NCBI GenBank assembly: GCA_004764695.1
Contig: SMSO01000007.1
Coordinates: 1,929,270 to 1,993,269 of the forward strand
From: Schizochytrium sp. TIO01
Lineage: Eukaryota > Protista > Bigyra: Labyrinthulomycetes
Direction: 5' to 3'
Length of the DNA: 64,000 nucleotides
Numbering within the stretch: the first letter of the stretch is position 1; each line of letters begins with the position of its first letter. The translations under genes and the position numbers were made by a program. Below are positions 22,690 through 31,991 of the stretch, piece by piece. A model generated the notes under the pieces. The model was not told where the DNA came from. It did not search any database and was given only the letters and a program-made list of their open reading frames with translations.

Positions 22690-23394
22690 TTGAGAACTTT
22701 AAAGCACTTTCATTCATCACTGCAAGCTGCAGTAGCCAATTGCCAACTTGAAAGCTTTGGGGGTACCATCATGACCTTCGAAGGTGCAGATGAAGTTATG
22801 ATAATATCGCCCTCTCATTTCGCTCTTTGGCACGTTCATGGGCTTCTTCTCTACTTTCAGAAAAGAAAAGAAACATTTATAAGAATCAGCGATCTGTATT
22901 ACCTCGCTCACCCGGAGTTTACTCTAGAGGACGTTCTCGCCCTTATTTATGGTTTCATTTGGGAAGAATTCAAGTCAACCCACAACTGCATATTAATTGC
23001 ATAATTGCTGCAACACAATCTTTTCTTGAGGGAGGGGGAGGACAGGAAGGAGAACTCCGAAATACACTAGGGAGCAGCTGTACATCTTTCCACAAGTAAC
23101 TGCAGGAAATTACATCCGTTGAAATGCGACTCCTCTACAAGCTTCACTTGCACCTACTACGAGTTTTCGAAACTTGCGACGGCGCTTCCTTATCAATTAA
23201 ATTCGTTTTTGGCATCGACAATATGGTATGGAAACATAGTTAATGTAACCGAGCCGCCAGCCTCTCTGAAATACGCGAAAACTAAGGCTTTGGAGGCTCG
23301 ATTTCAACAAAGTAGGGAACATTCAGTTGCTTGCAGAACCTACAGCAACGATGAGTCGCCCAAGCTCAATGGTCCTTCCATCCACAAGGAGTGA
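22690..23394 (+). pseudogene. Possible PIWI/Argonaute C-terminal-like remnant
   Basis: Same-frame fragments broken by stops: GTIMTFEGADEVMIISPSHF, YYLAHPEFTLEDVLALIYGFIW and HPLK...YQLNSFLASTIWYGNIVNVTEPPASLKYAKTKA (PIWI-like P-A-x-x-x-Y-A end motif). Confidence 0.25.
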
Positions 23395-24383
23395 CGATTG
23401 TCCCCTGGCATTCGAGCATTAGCTACCTCTCGGAAAGCGACAAACATCTCGTAATCCTTGATCAGAAAACCTCATCGACCATTTGCAGGTAAAATCCTCG
23501 GCACGCAACGTAGTATTCGTCGCTATGCGGGATATCCTCTCCTCTCGTGTCTTTCGAGGAAGTAAACCAGGGGACCCCGTATTACGCCCACTCCCATTTA
23601 CTCTAGGTAGATAGCGGTAAGGACCCTACGCGCTACTAGTAGGGAAGTTCCATAACGTATGTCACTGTTTACCCTATGTGACTCCTACTGCCTTGCCCAG
23701 GTACTTTTCGGGAACGAGCGGCGGAGGAGCGCCTCCCTTATTCCCCTTTGTTCCTTGTGTACAAACGAAAATTAAAATGTAGCAAGCAAGCTAGAAAAAC
23801 TCGGGAGAGAAACAGTATTTGGCCCAGATATATCGACGCGTCGAAACCCATGTTCTCGAGCAATCGATTGGCCAGGTGGGGTACAAGAACCTGCTTGACC
23901 TGATGCCCAGCACTGGCCTTGTGGTTGGGGTTTCCCACAAGCATAATGCGGATGATGGTCCTCTGATGACACTAATGTCCGCTGCGACGTAAGTGAACTA
24001 TATTTCTCCATAACTGACTTTAGACTCCGGATACTGCACTTGCATATGGTCTGTAAAGTAGGGTAAAAGTAGCCTTACAGTGGCCCATTTCGTTTCATTT
24101 TACACAATCACTCCAGAAGGAAATCGCATGAATGATTCAGATGATTACCTATGTAATGTGAATGTCATCCTGAGCACCGCGGCCAAGCTCACTCTTGCCC
24201 CTGAAGCTAGCTAGCCCTGGAAATGCACGTTTTTCATGATCTATTTGAGACAGCCTTCTCTAACTATCTTTGATCCCCTGTGTTGAGTAAGTCTTGCGAG
24301 ATGAGTTCGCCGTCGTCCTCGAAGAAGGAGTTGGCCGCGGCAATTCAGAGCCAACAGTATAGAGCTTACTTATATAATAAATA

Positions 24384-24408
24384 AGAAAGAAAGAAAGAAA
24401 GAAAGAAA
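24384..24408. repeat. (GAAA)n microsatellite
   Basis: Direct reading, upstream of the AsnRS gene. Confidence 0.85.
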
Positions 24409-24571
24409 ATCAAAACCAAATCCCTTCGGCTGAGATAGATCGCTCTATTGGTCGCTCTTGCGCGGTCCCAGCGCGCTCTAAAGTCCAGGCCCAGCCTCTT
24501 CCTCTAACGGAACAGTCCCCCAAGCCCTCCCTCGAGACGGCCATAGATAGATACTTTACTCTAATCCAAGG

Positions 24572-26893
24572 ATGGCTCCGCAAGGCTTTGTGCTGCATGC
24601 CCTTCCCGGCGACAACGCCCGCACCCTCCGCGTGCAGGCCGCCGCAGCCTCCGCGGGCGTGCCTCTTGAGGTGAAGTTTGCCCGTGCTGCCCCCAAGAAA
24701 GGCACCAGCCCCAGTGGCAAGCTTCCTGCGCTCTGGTTTTACGGCAACTCGGAGTCTTCGCCATTCTGCGCCGCGTTCGGATCCTCCCCTGCCATGAAGC
24801 TCGTTGCTAGCAGTGGCGCAGACTCCAGCGCCCTCCTTGGATCCTCCGAGGCTTCACGTGCTGCCGCTGACCAGTGGGTCGAGTACGCTGCGAGTGAGCT
24901 TGACCCGCTCGCAGAGGTTGCCTGCCTCAAGGCTGGCGGCTCTCTCGCCAAGGTTGCCGGCGAGAATGCCTCTGAGGTCGCCACCGCGGCGGCGCAGAAG
25001 CTCGTGGATAACGTCAGCGCTGTGGTTGAGAAGTTTCTCTCGAACAACAAATTCCTCGGAGGCGAAAGCGTGTCCATCGGAGACATTGCTGTTGCCACTG
25101 CTCTGCTCAAACCAATGAGAGAGGTTATTGATGCGGAGACGAGAGAGAGCAAACTGGTCAAGGTCACTGAGTGGATTAAAGTAGTTATGAGCGAAGCGAA
25201 GATTGAGGATGCACTGGAGACTCCGTTCAAGCTCTTTGAGCGCAAGGACGCTAAGACTCAGGGCGCTGGATCAAAGGAAGCAGACGAAGCGGCCAAGAAT
25301 GCCGAGAGAGTGGAAGGAAACCCCATGGGAGCAGAGCCCGTGCAGGTTGGAAAGCTGTTCAAGAGATCTCACTCGAGGATTAAGGATATCCTGGAGGCTG
25401 ATGCCAAGGAACTTGAGGGAAAGACAGTGTCTGTGTGTGGATGGGCTCGTACGGTTCGTATGGCGTCTAAGGGAGCCATTGCATTTGTGGAGCTGAATGA
25501 TGGATCTTGCCAAGCAAGCCTTCAGGTTGTATGCAATGCAAAGGAAACCAAGAACTTTGAGGATGTTGCCAATGCAGGAGGAGTAAGCTCGTCTCACAGG
25601 TTTGTAGGCAAACTCGTGGCACCCAAGGGAGCGACTCAGGCCATTGAACTTCAGGCAGAGATCGCTGGTGTCTTTGGCACGGTTGACCCTGCTGAGTACC
25701 CGCTCTCCAAGACCGGCAACAAGTCTGCCGGACACTCTGTCGAGTTTCTTCGTGAGCAGGCTCACCTTCGTGCTCGCACGAACCTTATCGCATGTGTTGC
25801 TCGCGTGCGTAACGCAGCTGCATTTGCCATTCATGACTTCTTTAGGCAACACAGCTTTCAGTACATCCACACCCCGCTCATCACCGCCAGCGACTGTGAG
25901 GGCGCAGGAGAGATGATGAGCGTCACCACGCTCTTCAGCAAGGCTGAGTCCAACGGAGGCAAGATCCCCACCGTGACAGCTGAGCGCCTCAAGCAGTACA
26001 AGCGTGATGACCCGAACTGCAAGCTTAAGGAAGGCGATATTGACTGGCGTGAGGACTTCTTCAGCAAGCCTGCATTCCTCACTGTGTCCGGACAGCTCAA
26101 CGTTGAGACATATGCATGCGCACTTACCGATGTGTACACCTTTGGCCCTACATTCCGTGCCGAGAACAGCCACACCTCAAGGCACTTGGCCGAGTTCTGG
26201 ATGGTGGAGCCCGAGCTCTGTTTTGCCTCGCTTAAGGATGATATCGATCTTGCCGAGGACTTTATCAAGTACTGCACACAGTATGTGCTCAAGAACTGCG
26301 CTGCGGATATTGAATACTTTGAGAAGAACACCGAGGAGGGTCTCCGCAGCCGTCTTCTCAACGTGATTGAGACCCCCTTCAAGCGTCTCACTTACACTGA
26401 GGCCATTGAGATTCTCAACAAGCCTGAGCACCTTAAGCTCGAGGATGGCAAGGCACGCTTTGAGGAGCACCCGGCATGGGGCATTGATCTCGGATCTGAG
26501 CACGAGCGCTACTTGTGCGAGAAGGTCTTCAAGGGCCCCGTTGTTCTCACCAACTACCCTGCTGACATTAAGGCATTCTACATGCGCCAGGACGAACTCG
26601 ACAGCGAGGGACGCATGACCGTGCAAGCCATGGATATCCTTGTGCCCCGCATCGGTGAGCTCGTTGGTGGCAGTGCTCGTGAGGAACGCCTGGACCGCCT
26701 CGAGAAGCGCATCACCGACATGAACCTGAAGCCTGAGGACTTCTCATGGTACTGCGACCTTCGCCGCTACGGCACTGTCCCCCACGCTGGTTTTGGTCTT
26801 GGCTTTGACCGTTTCGTTATGTTCGTCACAGGTATTGCCAACATCCGCGACGTCATTCCCTTCCCTCGCTACCCTGGTAACTGTTCCTTCTAA
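24572..26893 (+). CDS. asnS: Asparaginyl-tRNA synthetase with N-terminal GST-like domain (773 aa)
   Basis: OB anticodon domain (VCGWARTVR..FVELNDGSC..LQVV). Class IIb motifs HLRARTN, TPLITASDCEGAGE, LTVSGQL, FGPTFRAENSHTSRHLAEFWMVEPE, WGIDLGSEHER, HAGFGLGFDR and IPFPRYPG. N-terminal GST-like SPSGKLPAL..AAADQWVEYA..FLGGESVSIGDIAVA. Confidence 0.96.
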   Translation: MAPQGFVLHALPGDNARTLRVQAAAASAGVPLEVKFARAAPKKGTSPSGKLPALWFYGNSESSPFCAAFGSSPAMKLVASSGADSSALLGSSEASRAAADQWVEYAASELDPLAEVACLKAGGSLAKVAGENASEVATAAAQKLVDNVSAVVEKFLSNNKFLGGESVSIGDIAVATALLKPMREVIDAETRESKLVKVTEWIKVVMSEAKIEDALETPFKLFERKDAKTQGAGSKEADEAAKNAERVEGNPMGAEPVQVGKLFKRSHSRIKDILEADAKELEGKTVSVCGWARTVRMASKGAIAFVELNDGSCQASLQVVCNAKETKNFEDVANAGGVSSSHRFVGKLVAPKGATQAIELQAEIAGVFGTVDPAEYPLSKTGNKSAGHSVEFLREQAHLRARTNLIACVARVRNAAAFAIHDFFRQHSFQYIHTPLITASDCEGAGEMMSVTTLFSKAESNGGKIPTVTAERLKQYKRDDPNCKLKEGDIDWREDFFSKPAFLTVSGQLNVETYACALTDVYTFGPTFRAENSHTSRHLAEFWMVEPELCFASLKDDIDLAEDFIKYCTQYVLKNCAADIEYFEKNTEEGLRSRLLNVIETPFKRLTYTEAIEILNKPEHLKLEDGKARFEEHPAWGIDLGSEHERYLCEKVFKGPVVLTNYPADIKAFYMRQDELDSEGRMTVQAMDILVPRIGELVGGSAREERLDRLEKRITDMNLKPEDFSWYCDLRRYGTVPHAGFGLGFDRFVMFVTGIANIRDVIPFPRYPGNCSF

Positions 26894-27311
26894 ACTCCCC
26901 AACATAAATAAACACATACATCTATCACATACTTCAGATGATAACATTTTGCTTGTGCCTTTTGTTCACCTCATACAGCCAATGTTGTAGTCGAATATAT
27001 TTTTCAAAATAATGGTTTCGGTATTTCGCTTCCTGCAGAAACCCGCTTATTGTCTTTGTTTTTCAAGTTTTGAGGATTGGATTAAATCATCAAATAGATA
27101 GTGAGAGTTCAAGATTTGAGTCGAGCGTAACCCTTTGAGTCTATGATGGTATTATCACAGCCATGACCTCGGGTCATCGCATCAATTAGAGCTACACATT
27201 GTTACATTAGTGACAATATGTTCGAGGGATACTGACTAAAATCATAACAGATACATTCTTCGACAAACTCATATCAAATTTTCAGATGAAACTACCTTGG
27301 TTCACTTTTGT

Positions 27312-27540
27312 TTAACTTGCAAGGCAAACATCACCTTGAGGTTCTACTCTACAATACTCAGTGGGCGACAATATTCTAAACGAAGTCAATACCCCACGAT
27401 GATCTGATGCCCATAGTTGAGAGTCTGGGTGTTCCATTCCAACACGTCTAGATGGCGCCTGAGAAGGTTTTGCCTTGGTCTCCTCTTTCTGTGCTTTCTC
27501 ATTATCATTGCTGCTGCCGATGCTGCTGCTGCTGCTGCTG

Positions 27541-27576
<36 letters not shown>

Positions 27577-29246
27577 TTTTTAGATTCTAACGATTTTTTT
27601 TCAGCAGGAGGTTGCCCGTGAACGCTCATAGTTACTTTCTCCCCACTACTACTCGTTCCAATTGTCCTGTCCGCAGATTCATTTTGTGATGGTTTGTAAA
27701 ACTCTGCATCTTGCCCAACAAGCTTCACTGACATTGCTTGGAGACGTGAACCTCGTGCTAACATCAAGTCAATTCGCTTCTTCGGGTCATCACTCGGAAA
27801 CGTAAAGGCCTGTGCACGATGCATGGGTTCCTTTGAGCCTTTGGGGGGTTCTTCATATTGCTCCCTCCACACGTCACGGAATCCTTCCGTAAACAACGGA
27901 GCAATAGCTGATGACCCTGGTTCATCATTCACATCGCCCGCAAAAATTTGTCCGACCAATCGATTGGCATCACCTTGCTGCTCACGAACCTCATTCGCAA
28001 ACTCGACTGTCTCACGAGATCCACGCTGTCGACTGGGAGAATATAACGAGAAGTGAGAGGTAAACACATCTAACAAGCCTGAGCCGGCGATCTCCACGCG
28101 AGCATGTAGGCATACACGTTGGTGAAAATCCTCATCCTTGCCAATCACACGGCTCAATAGTTTATAGCTTGAATTCACAATCGGAAAGCGAGAAAGAATG
28201 CTAACCCCCTCGTCGCCTTCATAATTGCCACCCCCGTCCATAAATGCCATGGCAGGCTGATGCACAAAATATTGGTAAGGAAGCCCCCTTAATAGATGCT
28301 CAAACTGGCTGGGTTCATGCTGGATACCAAAGGTGGTGTCAAAACGTACCTCTTGAAGTAATACAATATCTGCATCAGCTTGAACAATAACATTGCGAAG
28401 CAAGTCAAGCCTACGTCTGTAGCGGTCGTCTCGAGCTGTATAATTCCACTCCCCGCCGCGATGTGGCATTGTATTCCACACATTGTATGACAACACCTTA
28501 ACAGAACTATGTAAATTTGTTGAGGATTGCGTGGTAACGTTGCCCTCCTCATCCGGGTCATTTAATAAGCCATTGTTATTATCAAATATTGTTTCCTTTA
28601 TTGATGGCAACGAGGTTTGCAGATGAGCGTACAGATAAGTCTTACTATCACGGACAAGAAGAATAAAACGTGCCTCCTTTAAAACCCCATGTGTTTCTTG
28701 TAACGTGACAAAATAAAGTGCACCAGCCGATGAACCCGCTAGATCTGGCCGGATTCGTCCAAGAATATCCGTCGTTAGGAGCTCCAAGCGGTCCACACGC
28801 TTCACTTTTGCTTTGTCCCACAAAACACGCATGTCAGTCGATTGGTCATCTTTAAAAATAGCGTGGTAACGTTGTTGAATTGCGTTAAGCACTGACCCTT
28901 GACTACACACACGATCATCCACAGGAAGTACATCACGCATGACCCCATAGAGACCGACCATGCCATAAGCAAATCCTGAGCACGCGTCTTCCACATTTCT
29001 GCCTGGAAATGGGTTCACCACAACAGGCTCTAGCCAGTTTCCTCTACGTTGAGGCAAGTTCCTCTCGCAAACGTCCTCAGCCCAAGCATTCTCACGCCAA
29101 TCTTGAATGCTGCCAAGACCTGCGTAAGGGTCCCAAGTTTTCGATGTGGTACGAGCTTCTGAGCTGCTGCTTTCAGGTTTTATTGCTGCAGACGCCACTA
29201 ACAACACGGATGTAAGTACTAGAAGAAGAAGCCACAAGCGAAGCAT
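27312..29246 (-). CDS. Secreted endonuclease/exonuclease/phosphatase (EEP) family protein
   Basis: Signal peptide MLRLWLLLLVLTSVLLVASAA. EEP motifs VLSYNVWN, DIVLLQEV, FTSHF, FAGDVN, RIDLML and ASDHRGV. Confidence 0.88.
27521..27571. repeat. (CTG)n(CTA)n coding microsatellite (poly-Ser in the EEP protein)
   Basis: Encodes a run of about 17 Ser on the minus strand. Confidence 0.9.
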
Positions 29247-30032
29247 CGCCGGCAAGCCAACGCCAGTTGCTTGGCACGTTTGCCTACGCAGTCGCCAACC
29301 CCTCTCCAGACCTCGAAGCTCCCCACGACCTCGTTAAAGTTCGGGTTTGCTGGGCTCCAAACCAGCGATGCTATAGTGCTACGATCGTTAGGTGTCAATA
29401 TAATGCCATAAAACTTTGATGAATTCATAATAAGAATTATCGCGTTATCTTTACTTTTCACTTCTCCTTCTTCTTTTTCTTTTTCTTTCTTCTACTATTT
29501 TTAGAAACAAAAAATTAAAGTGTATAGAGAAGAATATGTAATTAAAATTAGTGATCACATTGTTTTTTGTTTTAATTGAAGAAAATAAAGATATTAATAA
29601 AAAAGAATAAATGAGAACAAATCCGTTTTAAGTAAAAAGTGAGAGGCAGGAAGTACACACAGTTCCCTGGTCCGCGCCGATTTCGTGGCGTTCTCGTGCA
29701 GGTGCCAGGAATACTGAAGAGATATTGCCGGCACGGGCAAAATTATGGTCATGAGTCTAGATATCTTGTGTCTGGAACTTTTAAATTGGCTAATCATCAA
29801 GGGGTCGAGCGAGGTTCAATTGAGCAAGAGAGGCCAGTGGAGACCTAAATCTAATAGGGGACCTCTTCAGCGCTGGAGAGAGGAATTCTGTAGCTTAGAT
29901 CCTTTTAGATTTACGCAGGTTAGAATTTTGTTCAGGCAATAGTTGTTGTAGATCGCATTGAGAAGAACTACCACGGGTCGTTTGTCTTGGCTTGCCTGAA
30001 GGCGCAAGTAAAGACGAAACGACAACAACTGC

Positions 30033-31625
30033 ATGATGTCGGGTCTGCAGCATGTTGCCTCAGAGCCTGTCCTTGCACGGCATTTCCCGCCAAAGTACGA
30101 TGTTTTTGGGCACCATTTGCCTGTTGGCAAAATTTCTGGCCTAGGGGCGCCTTCTCCCAAACGTGAACCAAGGGCAGACTATCCAGAAGAATGGAGTCGA
30201 GAGGTTGATGTGAAAACAACAGAAGATGTACTGCAAAAGCGTCAAAAAGAGGACACGCAAATCCTAGCTAAAGCTCAATCTGCGATGGTGATTCGTTCTA
30301 AAGCTGAGCTTACTGGCAGTCAGCAAATGGAAAGTCTTTTGAAAGGAAGATTTCATGCTGTTGAGCACCCCGAGACACAAACACGCTCTAGGCTGTTGGG
30401 AGAAAGGCGAAACGAAAGACTCGAGGAAATAAAGAATGGCGTGGGTAGCTACATCGAGCCAAAATTAGGATTGTATGAACATGCGGATACACTTGAACCA
30501 GGAAAGCTAGTCAAGCCTTGCATTTTAATCCCTCTCCCTGATGACGTCAAGGACAGAGCTGTCAGCAGGGCCCAGTCTGCCTTGCCTGGCAACTCAAAGC
30601 ATCGCATTGGGCCGGTGCGCGAAATAATCAGTGAGCGCCCCAATGTACCAGGACTAGGGTGGCGTCCAGAACAACGAACAAAGGATGATATGCTCCTGGA
30701 GCGTGCTGCAAAGGCCAACTTGGAGCGGACTCAAGCTCTAGATAACTATTCACCTCGAGAAAAGGTCCTCCGAACAAGACCGCGTCAGGCAAGCCCACTC
30801 AAGCATATTGAAATTGACCACCATGATTTCGGACGAACCACCAAGAAGCAGTACCCATTTGCGCATACAAGAGAAAAGTTACTAGATGTACGAAGAGAAG
30901 ATCTGCGCGTCGAACTTGAAGGAGCAAGACAAGGCGCCGAGGCTCGTCAATTGGCTCATACTGATCAGATCACTCAACCTGTTCTAAAAAGCTCATCACC
31001 CTGGTGGGAACTTGAAAAGTCGACGGAACAGCTTGACGCCATGCGAACTAAGCGCAATTTTTTGGCAGACGACTTTGAACGCCGCGTGCATGAAATTTGC
31101 CCTCATCCAGCACAATCCGGAGAATACAGGCATCTTCAGCTCCAACTACGGGCAAATAGAGGCAAGTTAGCAGACAAGCCATCCAAAATTATTGGTTTAT
31201 CAGAAAGTGCTCAACCTGCTCAACATACTCGTAAGAATAAATTTACAGATGCTGTGATTGCCTTTCGTAACCAGGGTATGCAACCGGAACTCGATGAAAA
31301 TGGGAAAAAACTGCGGTATGATCCTGGTGAAACTAATGCTTTGTATTCTTCATTCACTCCTGACAATAAGTTCTTGGAACGTTTGGAGCGCATCGAAGCA
31401 ACTCGCGCTACCCGTGCACGTGAAGCAGCGAAGTTGATGGGTAATGTTCTACCCAGACGATCGTACATTATCTCCAGGGCGTCATCGAGTCCAGCGCTCA
31501 TGCGCGGGGGACAAAATTCCCACAAGAACACCAATGAGTGTATTCTCGGCCCGAATGCGGTTCTTGGCGGTCAACTTGAGCCCGAAAAAATTCGTTCGGG
31601 CGGATTTCAGTTGAGTATTGACTGA
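30033..31625 (+). CDS. Hypothetical hydrophilic protein (530 aa)
   Basis: Long ATG ORF with protein-like composition, divergent from the EEP gene; no domain recognised. Confidence 0.75.
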   Translation: MMSGLQHVASEPVLARHFPPKYDVFGHHLPVGKISGLGAPSPKREPRADYPEEWSREVDVKTTEDVLQKRQKEDTQILAKAQSAMVIRSKAELTGSQQMESLLKGRFHAVEHPETQTRSRLLGERRNERLEEIKNGVGSYIEPKLGLYEHADTLEPGKLVKPCILIPLPDDVKDRAVSRAQSALPGNSKHRIGPVREIISERPNVPGLGWRPEQRTKDDMLLERAAKANLERTQALDNYSPREKVLRTRPRQASPLKHIEIDHHDFGRTTKKQYPFAHTREKLLDVRREDLRVELEGARQGAEARQLAHTDQITQPVLKSSSPWWELEKSTEQLDAMRTKRNFLADDFERRVHEICPHPAQSGEYRHLQLQLRANRGKLADKPSKIIGLSESAQPAQHTRKNKFTDAVIAFRNQGMQPELDENGKKLRYDPGETNALYSSFTPDNKFLERLERIEATRATRAREAAKLMGNVLPRRSYIISRASSSPALMRGGQNSHKNTNECILGPNAVLGGQLEPEKIRSGGFQLSID

Positions 31626-31991
31626 TCAAGTTCTCCTAAATTCATTAGTTAGATCAGGCATTGTAATATGATTTAAAGAGCTATTTGTAAAATATCGACT
31701 TCTCATCTGCAAAAGACGATTTGCCCAGATGTTTTTCACACGAAAATGCCTTGCTTAGTTAAAATTTGAAATGCACAAAATGACGAACGAAGAAAACGAA
31801 AGATGTCTTTTCAGCCACACCATATAATGTTTTTGGAGAAACACCTTTTAGTAAATTCGGAATCCATGTTTATCTATGAGATGCGATTGATGATTGATCT
31901 TCTAGCGAAAGCAAAAGCTTAAGCGTCTTAGTTGGTCTCTAATTTTAATTTTTTACTTATCTGTTTTCAATATGTAAATATGAGGAAAATT

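Noticed and set aside
23738-24011. Overlapping short minus-strand ORFs upstream of AsnRS
   Set aside because: Possibly decayed coding DNA, but no family could be recognised
25271-26626. Long antisense ORFs (300, 177 and 149 aa) opposite AsnRS
   Set aside because: Shadow frames caused by strong codon bias in the sense gene
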